A DNA stretch of 64,000 bases from Macrostomum lignano (taxonomy: Eukaryota): contig NIVC01000822.1 in assembly GCA_002269645.1 (NCBI GenBank), positions 310,001 to 374,000 of the forward strand, read 5' to 3'. The stretch's first letter is position 1. Each line of letters opens with the position of its first letter. This document shows positions 38,254 to 50,389 of this stretch, piece by piece. A program made the translations under genes and the position numbers. The notes beneath the pieces are model-generated. The model had not been told where the DNA came from. It saw only the letters and a list, made by a program, of their open reading frames with translations, and made no database searches.

Positions 38254-40327
38254 TATAAAATTAGAGATATAGAATATAGAATTCTTTAAAATAGTAATTT
38301 GTTTCCTACTATACTAATCAACAACTACATGGTAGATAACTATCTTGTTTGTGCAAAAATTGTGATGGGACAATAGCAAGCATTAGAATGTGATCATTGC
38401 CTTCATTGGCAACACAGATGTTGCAGTAATGGAATTCCCCAAGTGGAATACCACAGACTTGCTTCACTTGATGTATTCTAGTGGAGGTGTTCAGCTTGTA
38501 CCATACTGACTGCACTACCCACATTGGCACCCACATTGCCACCTTTACCATGAGCCTTCACATAGTATGCTCACAATTTGTGAGGTTGGTTGAATTTTAT
38601 TATCTTGATAAAAGAGTAGACACATACATGGGGGGGGGGTTAAAAAGCTGGCCTAAAATTTATCAACCCCCTAAGCTGCTCTGATCTTGTTTGTCTTATT
38701 TTATAAATACAACAGTAACAACACTGGGAAGCACAGTTGCAGATGGTGGGCAATAGCTAATAGGCCCAATTGATTCAAATTCATTTGGCAAATTGGTATA
38801 TATAAAATTTCTACCAAATGTTAGGAGGTCAAATATTTGAAAAAACAAAGTTTTTAATGCTTTTGATGCTTGAATTTTTTACTTGAATGCCTACTATTGG
38901 TGGCTGAGTGTTGTAGTGTGCTTATATACTTAGCAACATCAAAAAGTTGCCATCACAAAAGATTCTGTCTGTGATTGTCACTTTTGAAAATGTAGACAAA
39001 AATTTCTTCAATCTTTGCAAGTGATGCAACTTGATACGCTGTGGCAGATTTGAATTGAAGAATAAAGTAAAGGGAGTAGTGTGCAAGGGTTTTGTTGGAT
39101 GGATTAAAGCTATCAATCAGTTTTCTTGTATCTGTTTTTTTTCAGAATAGTCCAAGAGAAATTGCTCACATGGTGCATAGAGTGGCAAATTTTCAATATT
39201 GCTAAGTAAATATTAAACAATAAAAAATCAATTTGGAAGTGTGTCAAATATGAAAAAAAAATTTTCATGCTTTTAATGTTAGAATTATGAATTTCATTAC
39301 ACCTATAAGGGAAAATGCAGTAATATTAACTATTACTCATTAGTTGGCCTATATTATCTTGTATTTTGAATTCCTAGTATAATTTATATTAAAAGTTGAA
39401 CTAAACTTTAGTTCAAATTTTTTTTAAGTTTAATAATATTGGCAATGCAAAATGCATAGTTTAATAAACTATTATATAGGACTTATACATATGAGTAGTA
39501 AGGTTTGAATAATGCTTCATAATATATTTTAGAATCAATTTATTCAACACTGCCAAAAATAAAAAAACATATTTTTGGAATGATATGGCAATTTGCAAAT
39601 AACCATTTGTCACATTTTTAGAACTGTCTAATATTACACCATGGTTATAATATAACAAGGAGATTTTAAAAGTAATGCTTTAAGGCTTTTTTTAGGTTTT
39701 TTAAATGGAATTTTAGCAAATGAGTTATTATAAAATAATTTAAGCAGTAATTTAGCAATAACAATGTCAAAAATATCTTTTTTTTGCTTTGTTCCCTTGT
39801 ATTTCATAGTACTCTTCTTTTTAGTTTCATATAACAATCTTTAATTCATTTTACAATAGTGCTCTTTATATGGTGACTCTCGATAATTACATTTAGCAAT
39901 ATCTCTTTATAGATTGTACTTTCCTGTCATAGCACTTTAGCTTTGATATGTATACCTATCATTTTATATAGTTCCCTTTTCTCTTATCGGCAGAACTCAT
40001 TTCATAAAGCATTCCTATGTGACGCCTGATGCCCTTATTTTAACTAGGCATTCTAATGACTGGCTTTTGACATCCCTAGTATGCCCTTAGAGGCATAAAC
40101 AGAGGTGCCAACACAATGCCTTGCAAATTGCAATTCCTCATATTAACCTAGGCTGAGCTTAGCAAGTTTGGTTCAAGTAATAGCAGTGGGTCAAAGATGG
40201 CTTTGTTTGGATATGGCATAAATTTAGCTCATTCTAGTAATTTTTATGTTTTACCATTCAATAGAACAGATGTGCAAGGAGTTATGGCTAAAATTAAAGT
40301 TTATAGGGACATTCTTATCATTCACAA

Positions 40328-40443
40328 TGTCTGTCTGTCTGTCTGTATGCCTGTCTGTCTATTTGTCTGTCTGTCTGTCTGTCTGTATGCCTGTCTGTCT
40401 ATTTGTCTGTCTGTCTGTCTGTATGCCTGTCTGTCTATATGCC

Positions 40444-40474
<31 letters not shown>

Positions 40475-40586
40475 ATGCCTGTCTGTCTATTTGTCTGTCT
40501 GTCTGTCTCTGTCTGTCTGTCTGTATGCCTGTCTGTCTATTTGTCTGTCTGTCTGTCTGTATGCCTGTCTGTCTGTCTGTCTGTCC
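40328..40586. repeat. (TCTG)n compound microsatellite
   Basis: TCTG/TATG/CCTG units. Confidence 0.9.
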
Positions 40587-40786
40587 ACAGCCCAAAATCA
40601 TTTGCAGCACTCTTTTTTGTCATATATTCTACTCACAGTAACACTTGGAAAATTATAATTAAATCCTGCAAGGTCTGAATTCAGCCTAGAGATCCTAACT
40701 GAAGTGGCAGCAATGTGAAACAGAACAAAAATTATTTATTGTCAAGTCTACAGAACAAAAATCCCCAATTCCCAGCCCGCCAGTCC

Positions 40787-41149
40787 ATGGCTCCCCGACG
40801 TGAGAAGAAAAAGAGCGCCCTAAAAGACGTGGTGACCCGGGAGTACACCATCAACCTGCACAAGCGCATTCACGGCGTCGGTTTCAAGCGCCGGGCGCCG
40901 CGTGCAATGACGGAGATTCGCAAATTCGCGGAGAGAATGATGGGCACCCCGGACGTGCGGCTGGACACCCGGCTGAACAAGTTCGTGTGGAGCCAAGGCG
41001 TCCGCAATGTGCCGTTCCGCGTCCGCGTCCGCCTGGCCAGGAAGCGCAACGAGGACGAGGACAGCGCGCACAAGCTGTACACCCTGGTCTCCTACGTGCC
41101 CTGCGCCGAGTTCAAGGGCAAGCAGACCATCAATGTTGAGGCCGAGTAG
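40787..41149 (+). CDS. RPL31: 60S ribosomal protein L31 (intronless CDS, 120 aa)
   Basis: '[26 protein letters not shown]...[38 protein letters not shown]'; ATG 40787 preceded by acceptor-like CCCAG at 40771-40775. Confidence 0.97.
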   Translation: MAPRREKKKSALKDVVTREYTINLHKRIHGVGFKRRAPRAMTEIRKFAERMMGTPDVRLDTRLNKFVWSQGVRNVPFRVRVRLARKRNEDEDSAHKLYTLVSYVPCAEFKGKQTINVEAE

Positions 41150-41364
41150 TGCGAGGTTAAACTTGACTAGATGGGACTGACTTGCTGATAGATTGCGAGG
41201 GCAGGTTCTTGATTGAGCATGAAATACAGGGGCTGACGCTGTTGAGCGTGTTTTTAGCTGGATTGCACTGTCTCTGCGCTTGTTCTTTACTTTCATATTA
41301 TTTAGAGAGCATCTCTACCTGTGCTTGTGGCTTGTGATTAGTTCTAGAAAGGTAGTTGCTGTGC

Positions 41365-41852
41365 CAGCCTCCCAGATCCTCAGTTGCTGGGCCACCAGCC
41401 TCCCAAATCCTCAGTTGCTGGGCTATCGCCCTCCCAGACCGTCAGTTGCTGGGCCAGCCTTCCAGATCCCCAGTTGCTGGGCCAGCCTTCCAGATCCCCA
41501 GTTGCTGGGCCAGCCTTCCAGATCCCCAGTTGCTGGGCCAGCCTTCCAGATCCCCAGTTGCTGGGCCAGCCTTCCAGATCCCCAGTTGCTGGGCCAGCCT
41601 TCCAGATCCCCAGTTGCTGGGCCAGCCTTCCAGATCCCCAGTTGCTGGCTGGGCCAGCCTTCCAGATCCCCAGTTGCTGGGCCAGCCTTCCAGATCCCCA
41701 GTTGCTGGGCCAGCCTTCCAGATCCCCAGTTGCTGGGCCAGCCTTCCAGATCCCCAGTTGCTGGGCCAGCCTTCCAGATCCCCAGTTGCTGGGCCAGTCT
41801 CCCAGATCCCCAGTTGCTAGGCCAGCCTTCCAGATCCCCAGTTGCTGGGCCA
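41365..41852. repeat. 28-bp minisatellite (GGGCCAGCCTTCCAGATCCCCAGTTGCT), about 17 copies, between RPL31 and MRM1
   Basis: Directly visible tandem units. Confidence 0.95.
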
Positions 41853-41923
41853 CCGTCACATTCCAACTTTCGAATCTCCAACATTTCACCGACCGGCTTC
41901 TTTAGACAGCCCTTTTTCTCCAG

Positions 41924-44900
41924 CTCCTACTGCGACCGTCAGCTGCCCGACTGTCGCTGCTGCTGTGCCGCAGGTTGTTCAGCAACAGCGGCGGCGGCGG
42001 CTCCGAGCTGGTGTACGGCATTCACCCGGTCTGGCAGGCGCTGTTGTCTCGCCGTCGTCGAATTGACGAAATCTACGTTGACATTCGACACCAAGGGCAA
42101 AGCGACGTCATAGAAGACTTCGGCTGCGACAGCTCCAGCTCGGCCGAGCTGCGCCAGCTCATCGCTGCCAGCTATGCTCACCTGGTCAGGTACGCTGACA
42201 GGCGCGAACTGGCCGCTCTGTGCCGGGGTCGGGCGCATCAAGGATTCGCGCTGCGGTGCGGACACTTCCCTGTGCCTGTGCTGCCCGGCTGTGCCTCCGA
42301 CTGCCGCTCTGAGCTGGCGGCGAGTCGGCTGTGTGTGCTGCTGGACCAGGTGGGGAAGAGATGCAGGGGAGAATGGGGAAGAGATGCAGGGTGAATGGGG
42401 AAGAGATGCAGGGTATAATGGGGAAGAGATGCAGGGGAGAATGGGCAAGAGATGCAGGGTATAATGGGGGAGAGATGCAGGGTATAATGGGGAAGAGATG
42501 CAGGGTAGAATGGGGAAGAGATGCAGGGTAGAATGGGGAAGAGATGCAGGGTATAATGGGGAAGAGATGCAGGGTAGAATGGGCAAGAGATGCAGGGTAT
42601 AATGGGGGAGAGATGCAGGGTATAATGGGGAAGAGATGCAGGGTATAATGGGGAAGAGATGCAGGGTAGAATGGGCAAGAGATGCAGGGTATAATGGGGG
42701 AGAGATGCAGGGTATAATGGGTGAGAGATGCAGGGGAGAATGGGCAAGAGATGCATTGGAGAGAATCGGCAAGAGATGCATTGGGGAGAATCGGCAAGAG
42801 ATGCATTGGGGAGAATCGGCAAGAGATGCATTGAAGAATGGGCAAGAGACGCATTGGAGAGAATCGGCAAGAGATGCATTGGAGAGAATCGGCAAGAGAT
42901 GCATTGGAGAGAATCGGCAAGAGATGCATTGGGGAGAATCGGCAAGAGATGCATTGGAGAGAATCGGCAAGAGATGCATTGGAGAGAATCGGCAAGAGAT
43001 GCATTGGAGAGAATCGGCAAGAGATGCATTGGAGAGAATCGGCAAGAGATGCATTGGAGAGAATCGGCAAGAGATGCATTGGAGAGAATGGGCAAGAGAT
43101 GCATTGGAGAGAATCGGCAAGAGATGCATTGGAGAGAATCGGCAAGAGATGCATTGGAGAGAATCGGCAAGAGATGCATTGGAGAGAATCGGCAAGAGAT
43201 GCATTGGAGAGAATCGGCAAGAGATGCATTGGAGAGAATGGGCAAGAGATGCATTGGAGAGAATGGGCAAGAGATGCATTGGAGAGAATCGGCAAGAGAT
43301 GCATTGGAGAGAATCGGCAAGAGATGCATTGGAGAGAATCGGCAAGAGATGCATTGGAGAGAATCGGCAAGAGATGCATTGGAGAGAATCGGCAAGAGAT
43401 GCATTGGAGAGAATCGGCAAGAGATGCATTGGAGAGAATCGGCAAGAGATGCATTGGAGAGAATCGGCAAGAGATGCATTGGAGAGAATCGGCAAGAGAT
43501 GCATTAGAGAGAATCGGCAAGAGATGCATTGGGGAGAATCGGCAAGAGATGCATTGAAGAATGGGCAAGAGATGCATTGGAGAGAATCGGCAAGAGATGC
43601 ATTGGAGAGAATCGGCAAGAGATGCATTGGAGAGAATCGGCAAGAGATGCATTGGAGAGAATCGGCAAGAGATGCATTGGAGAGAATCGGCAAGAGATGC
43701 ATTAGAGAGAATCGGCAAGAGATGCATTGGAGAGAATCGGCAAGAGATGCATTAGAGAGAATCGGCAAGAGATGCATTGGAGAGAATCGGCAAGAGATGC
43801 ATTGGGGAGAATCGGCAAGAGATGCATTGAAGAATGGGCAAGAGATGCATTGGAGAGAATCGGCAAGAGATGCATTGGAGAGAATCGGCAAGAGATGCAT
43901 TGGGGAGAATCGGCAAGAGATGCATTGAAGAATGGGCAAGAGATGCATTGGAGAGAATCGGCAAGAGATGCATTGGAGAGAATCGGCAAGAGATGCATTG
44001 GAGAGAATCGGCAAGAGATGCATTGGAGAGAATCGGCAAGAGATGCATTGGAGAGAATCGGCAAGAGATGCATTGAAGAATGGGCAAGAGATGCATTGGA
44101 GAGAATGGGCAAGAGATGCATTGGAGAGAATCGGCAAGAGATGCATTGGAGAGAATCGGCAAGAGATGCATTGGAGAGAATCGGCAAGAGATGCATTGGA
44201 GAGAATCGGCAAGAGATGCATTGGAGAGAATCGGCAAGAGATGCATTGGAGAGAATCGGCAAGAGATGCATTGGAGAGAATCGGCAAGAGATGCATTGGA
44301 GAGAATCGGCAAGAGATGCATTGGAGAGAATCGGCAAGAGATGCATTGGAGAGAATCGGCAAGAGATGCATTGGAGAGAATCGGCAAGAGATGCATTGGA
44401 GAGAATCGGCAAGAGATGCATTGGAGAGAATCGGCAAGAGATGCATTGGAGAGAATCGGCAAGAGATGCATTGGAGAGAATCGGCAAGAGATGCATTGGA
44501 GAGAATCGGCAAGAGATGCATTGGAGAGAATCGGCAAGAGATGCATTGGAGAGAATCGGCAAGAGATGCATTGGAGAGAATCGGCAAGAGATGCATTGGA
44601 GAGAATCGGCAAGAGATGCATTGGAGAGAATGGGCAAGAGATGCATTGAAGAATGGGCAAGAGATGCATTGGAGAGAATCGGCAAGAGATGCATTGGAGA
44701 GAATCGGCAAGAGATGCATTGGAGAGAATGGGCAAGAGATGCATTGGAGAGAATGGGCAAGAGATGCATTAGAGAGTATCGGCAAGAGATGCATTGGAGA
44801 GTATCGGCAAGAGATGCATTGAAGAATGGGCAAGATCACATGAATCAGCACGCACCCGCAGGTGGTGGACATCCTTAACTTCGGCAGTCTGCTCCGCACC

Positions 44901-45350
44901 TGTCTGTTCTACGGTGTCAGCCCGGTGCTCATACCGGGCACCCACAGCTGCCCCCCTCTGCCAGTGGTCTCCAAGGTGAGCTGCGGCGCTCTGGAGGCCA
45001 CGGACTTGCGCGCCCTGCCCGCCAGCAGCGCTGAGTTTGTGCGCCAATGGCGCCAGGCTGGCTGGCTGGCGCTAGGCAGCTCGGGAGGCGATGACGGCGC
45101 CCCTGGAGTGCCTTGCGCCGGCGTCGATCGGCTGACGGAGCTGCTGCCGCATCCGCCCAGCGGTCCGGTGCTTCTGCTGCTTGGCAGCGAGGGCTCCGGC
45201 CTGTCAGCTGAGCTTCTGAGCCTCTGCAACCTGGTGCTGCGGATTCCACAAGCTGGCGCCGCCTGCGCCATGCCGCATCTGAATGTGGGAGTGGCGGCCG
45301 GCATCCTGCTGCACTGCGTCTCGGGCTGGCTGCGGTCTGCTGCTGCCTGA
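41924..45350 (+). CDS. MRM1: Mitochondrial rRNA methyltransferase 1 (SpoU/TrmH family), join(41924-42349,44862-45350); no genomic ATG in the first exon
   Basis: 'LVYGIHPVWQAL', 'HQGFAL', spliced 'LLDQ|VVDILNFGSLLR', 'LLLGSEGSGL', 'HLNVGVAAGILLH'; GT-AG intron 42350-44861; N-terminal Arg/Leu/Ser-rich presequence-like segment after acceptor TTTTTCTCCAG (41923). Confidence 0.85.
42350..44835. repeat. Intronic minisatellite: 23-bp units grading into 25-bp units (CATTGGAGAGAATCGGCAAGAGATG), about 100 copies
   Basis: Fills almost the whole MRM1 intron. Confidence 0.95.
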
Positions 45351-45377
45351 GGCCTCCGGACTGCGGAGTTTTGCGCT

Positions 45378-45462
45378 TTGCCTGTCTGTCTGCCTGTCTG
45401 CCTGCCTGTCTGCCTGCCTGCCTGCCTGTCTGTATGTCTGTCTGTCTGCCTGCCTGCCTGCC

Positions 45463-45518
<56 letters not shown>

Positions 45519-45582
45519 CCTCTATTTGTGTCTGTCTGTCTGTCTGTCCCTCTATTTGTGTCTGTCTGTCTGTCTATCTATA

Positions 45583-45625
<43 letters not shown>

Positions 45626-45670
45626 GTCTGTCTGTCTGTCCATCTATCTGTGTCTGTCTTTGTCTGTCGT
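45378..45670. repeat. (TCTG/CCTG)n microsatellite downstream of MRM1
   Basis: Directly visible. Confidence 0.9.
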
Positions 45671-46032
45671 CTGACTGTGTCCTGTCTGAGGATTTGTGGT
45701 TTTTAACCTGTCTAAATTCTGACTGGGCTTTCTCACCTCTGCTCTATACTTCACTCCCTGCCCTCTCTTCTATTGAAGCCTCCCCTCTCACTTCTACGGT
45801 ATCTTCCTGGTTTTATACTAGATCTATAATGATGCATTTTTCCAATCCAAGCGTTTTTAAATGTAATTAATAACGAAGGAATAATCATATGAAAGTCGAT
45901 TTTTGCGCCAGGATAGTTTTCATTGTTATACTCTTTTTTTTACATTTTTTCATTTGTACCGATTTTTTTCGTTTTAAGAATTAATAGATGAAATATTGAA
46001 CTCGCTTTCAGAGAGACCAGAGCATCCCCACA

Positions 46033-48610
46033 ATGGCCGCTTTCTTAGACAGACAGCGAACTAACCAAAATAATAATAATTACTACTATTGCGATCCCGA
46101 GTCTCAGTCCGCACTGCAGTTGCCCATGGCAACCAGCTTTGCCACCACCGATGTTGCCTCCTCGCTGGATGACAGCCTCCTGCTGCCTCCGGATGCCTTC
46201 CTGCCGTCGGCTGCCGCTGCGGCGCCGCACTCGGTTCGGTTTGTCCCTGCCGACGCCCCTCCTGCGGCGGCTCCGTGCCGCTCCTGCCGGCAGCTGGAGC
46301 GCGACCTCGCCCGGCAGCGTCGAGAGTTGGAGCGGCTGCGGCGGCAGCAGCTGGAGACGCAGAGCCTGCTGGATCAGGAGAGGCAGCAGCGGATGGAGCT
46401 GGCTGAGCCAACGCCGCGGGTGAGCCGAGCGCCTGTTGATGTACAGACAAATCTTTTGAGTATTAGTGTCTGTAGATATTGAGCAGACATCTGTAGGCAC
46501 ATGTTTTGAGCGGTAGAAAATCAGGAATCTATAGGCGCCTGTAGATCTGCAGCGGGTTTTTCTATAGACATGTGTAAACAGAAGCTTAAATCTATAGGGC
46601 ATCGTGGTTACACAGGTCTCTATAGACTCGTGGATCTCCAGATATCTCTAGGTATCTATAGACACGTGTAGATCTACAGCAGGCATCTATAGACACTTGT
46701 AGAGATCTATAACACTTTTCTATAGACGCTTGTAGATCAATGGCAAGCATTTATGAACACTTGTACGTCTATAGCCGACGTCTACAGAGATATTTAGATC
46801 TACAGTAGGAATTTATAGACACATGTTGATGTACAGCAGGCATCTATGGACACATGTAGATCTATACCACGTCTCTATTGACGCTTGTAGATCTATGACA
46901 GGCATCTATAGACACATGTATATCTACAGACACAGAGATGTAGATCTATGACAGGCATCTATAGACACATGTAGATCTACAGACACAGAGATGTAGATCA
47001 ATGACAGGCATCTACAGACACAGAGATGTAGATCAATGACAGGCATCTATAGACACATGTAGATCTATTCGATTGTCAAGTTGTTTCTCACAACCTAGAC
47101 TGCTTTACAATGCAGGACTGGGACGACAGTCGCGACGCCCTGGCCACCAGAGCCGCCCAGCTTGAGGCTGAAAACGAACGCCTTCGAGCCGACGCTGAGC
47201 TTCGGGAACGCCGGCTGGCCCTGCAGTCCGAGCTGCTTGCCGAGCCCAGCGCTGGCGGCGAGGCTGCGGCCTGGAGGCCCCGGCTGTACAAGGCGCTGGT
47301 GCAGGCCGAGGCTGAGCGCTGGGCGCACGACAGACAGCTGAGACAGACGGTAGGTGGGGCAGACAGACAGGCAGACAGACAGACACTAGGACAGACAGGC
47401 AGGCAGACATGGACACTAGGACAGACAGGCAGGCAGACATGGACACTAGGACAGACAGGCAGGCAGACATGGACACTGAGGCACACTCAAAGGTCACTGA
47501 GAGTCCCAATCCCCACCCCTGTAGGAGGCCGAAGCCGAGGCCGCAGTTTCCGACCTTCGCCGCCGCCTAGACGAGGCGGAGGCGCGCGCTGCGGCCGCCG
47601 AGCGCAAGCTGGCCGCTGCGGACCGGCTGGCGGAGCGGCTTCAGTCGGACGCCCGGCGTCTGGCAGAGCGTCGGGCGCGAGAGGCGAGCGAAGCGGCCGA
47701 GGCTGTTAAATCGGCCAGGGCAGCCTTCGAATCTGCGGCCGGGCTGTGGATGGAGCGCCTGGCCGACATGGAGGGGCGCCTCGGCCGCCTGGCCGACACC
47801 ACCGACCAGCTGGCCGCGTCCGAGAAGGTGCGGAGGCGGCATGTTTTACTGTCTGATTTAATAGTCTCAATCTTACCCACTTGGTTAATCTCACTCCTAA
47901 ATTGTCAATCTCACCCCACTCCATCAATCTCATCCCACTCCATCAATCTCATCCCACTCCATCAATCTCATCCCACTCCATCAATCTCATCCCACTTCAT
48001 CAATTTCTCCCACTCCATCAATCTCACCCCAGTCCATCAATCTCATCCCACTCCATCAATCTCATCCCAGTCCATCAATCTCACCCCAGATCGTCAATTT
48101 CACCCCAGTCCACCAATCTCACCCCAGTCCATCAATCTCACCCGCTCGCAGCTGTCCGAACTCTCCTCGGTGTCCGAGCTTCGCGCCGCCCTGTCCGAAA
48201 CTCGATCAGCGCTGGACTCGGAGCGCCAGGCGCGCCGCCTCGAAGCTGGGCGCCACGCGGACGCGCTGGACGCGTCGGCGCGCGAGCAGGCGAAGCTGGC
48301 GGCCGCGCTGGCCCAGTCGGAGCGCCGGCTGCAGCGGGAACGCGAGGCCGCCGAGGCTCAAGGCCGTCAGGCTGTTGAAGACTTTCAGCTGGCCACGGAG
48401 CGACTGCGGGATCGGCTGCGCCTGGTGGAGGGCGAGCGGAACCTCCTGCAGGCCGCGGCGGCGGCGGCCGCCTCAGAGAAGCAGCAGCAGCGAGCAGCGC
48501 GCCCGCACTCGGCGATGCCTGTCGCCGGGTCCGCCATCGAGGAGTCCGAGGACCCGCGACTGCATGCCGCTGTTCGCGACTTGAGACAGATGCTGGCCAA
48601 CTCCGGCTGA
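46033..48610 (+). CDS. Coiled-coil protein, CCHCR1-like; join(46033-46419,47116-47349,47525-47827,48152-48610), about 460 aa
   Basis: Four exons joined in phase 0 by GT-AG introns; 'RRLALQSELL...WRPRLYKALVQAEAERWAH' resembles the CCHCR1 WREKVFALMVQ motif (family call about 0.5); acceptor TTTCAG at 46011. Confidence 0.75.
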
Positions 48611-48629
48611 GCCTGCGCTGGCGCAAGCT

Positions 48630-49085
48630 GGTCAGGGTCCTAACTAGTGGGTCAAGGTCATTTTTAGTGGGGTCACATTATTACTGTGTTAATGGGTCAG
48701 GGTCATGACTAGTGGGTCAAATTTGTAGTAATTTTTTTCCATGAACATGGTTAATTAGGTATTGTTTGTTTCAAGTGAGCCGAGGTCACAATAAGTAGAT
48801 CAGGGTCGAAATTAGTAACTCAAAGTCATAAAAATTAGATCAAAGTCATAATTAGTAGGTCAAATTCTAAATTAGTAGGTCAAAGTCATTACTAGTAGGT
48901 CAAGGTCATTATAACTAAATCAAGATCATAATTGGTAGGTCAAGGTCATAATTAGTAGGTCAAGGTCATAGTAAGGTCAAGGTCAGAACTAGTAGGTCAC
49001 GGTCAGAATTAGGTCAAGATCTTACTTGGTCAAGGTTACAATTAGTGAGTACAGCTGATCGCTAGTGGGTCAAGGTCATTTTTTA
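48630..49085. repeat. Degenerate ~20-bp tandem repeat rich in (A/G)GGTCA
   Basis: Recurrent TAGTAGGTCAAGGTCA-type units. Confidence 0.75.
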
Positions 49086-50029
49086 TTGGACAAGAGTCCA
49101 GTTTCTCCGTAGGACAGTTTAATCCGGACAGATTCTGTATTTTCAATGTCGACTATTGACTTCTTTTTCAGCCAAAAGCTCCTCTCGAAATTGTTTGTTT
49201 GTCTTACTGTAATTTAGATGCTATTTTGATTTTTTATATGCTCTTAGTTATCTAATTGTGCTCGACTTTGAAAGTTGCGCAGGTCTTTGTTCAATCTCTG
49301 TCCTTTTGCACTTAGAATTTGCTTATGCTGTGCTGTAAGCTTGCGTTAAAAATGCTGCTTATAATGTTACCTAATAGTTTTATTCAATTTCTATACATTA
49401 AATTGCGCTTTGCTGTTGAATAACTTTAATAAATTTCAATTTGTTTCGACAGATCCACAGTATATCGACCAGTGTTTTTCGTTAATATTCGTTTGTAAAA
49501 ACGTAGAATTAAAATTTCTTTGCTGAGCTTTAGAAATCTCCTTATTTTATTCTGTTGCTACTTTAAGTAGTTGGGCAGTGCGGCGAAAATTCTACTGTTC
49601 GCCAGTGAAGTGGGGCAGGTAAGTCAGTGCCTCTTCGCCGGGGTAATGCAAGCCACCTGGGCGAACTCTCTCTTGTAATTAAACGCAGAAGCTGCCGTTT
49701 GGTCTTTTCTGCTTTTAGAAGAGCGCACTTGAAGTCTTGATCGATCCGCCCGCTCCCCTTGGCAACTGAAACCTGAAGGTGGGGATGCGGATTCGTCAGG
49801 ATCCTGCGCTGCGTGTGGCCTCGGGGAGTTTCTGCTTTTTTGTGCACAGCAGACAATCTCCATTATCCTTGATGGAGTTTCAATCCGCTGATAGAGGTGT
49901 ATCATAAACTGCATTGCCAGTGCAGGCCAGCTTCTTAAGTAGCTTTAGCAGGTGGGAATAGACATTTGATAGATAGTTTATGCTCTGTAGGTTATAAGTA
50001 GATAGGCAGGCAAATAGGGGAGAGTCGTA

Positions 50030-50389
50030 GGCCGTAGTCTAGCGGTCTAGCGCGGCGCTCTGATATGCCAGCGGTCCCAGGCTCGATTCCGAGTGCAGTC
50101 ACATTAATCTGAGGCTAAATTGGAATCTCGGCTTGGCTCTGCTCGTGCAATTAGCGCCCTTGAAGGCCCACCCCCATGGCGCAGTGAAGTGTACATGCCT
50201 AGCGATAAATAAAGTTAGGGCCGCTGTACACTCCTGTGTGAGTGTGCGTATGACTGCGTACGTATCCGCGCGCTTGTGTGCCTGCTCAGGGGAGTCGGCG
50301 GAATGGGCAGTAATGCCTCTCTCCGGTTGTGCGACAATGTCGCTTGAAGTGCGCCAGGGTGCACAGAGCATCCCTGTCTCTAATAAAAA
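50030..50389 (+). mobile_element. tRNA-derived SINE (copy 2)
   Basis: A-box TAGTCTAGCGG, B-box-like GGCTCGATTCC, body homologous to 2230-2595, ends TAATAAAAA. Confidence 0.8.

Noticed and set aside
41939-44899. Long ORFs (up to 986 aa) across the 23/25-bp array
   Set aside because: Artefact of a stop-free repeat unit; the region is the MRM1 intron.
49560-49920. Weak similarity to 59770-60100
   Set aside because: Only short word matches by eye; cannot be supported without an alignment.
50030-50101. tRNA gene
   Set aside because: No proper acceptor stem or cloverleaf; it is the head of a repeated SINE.
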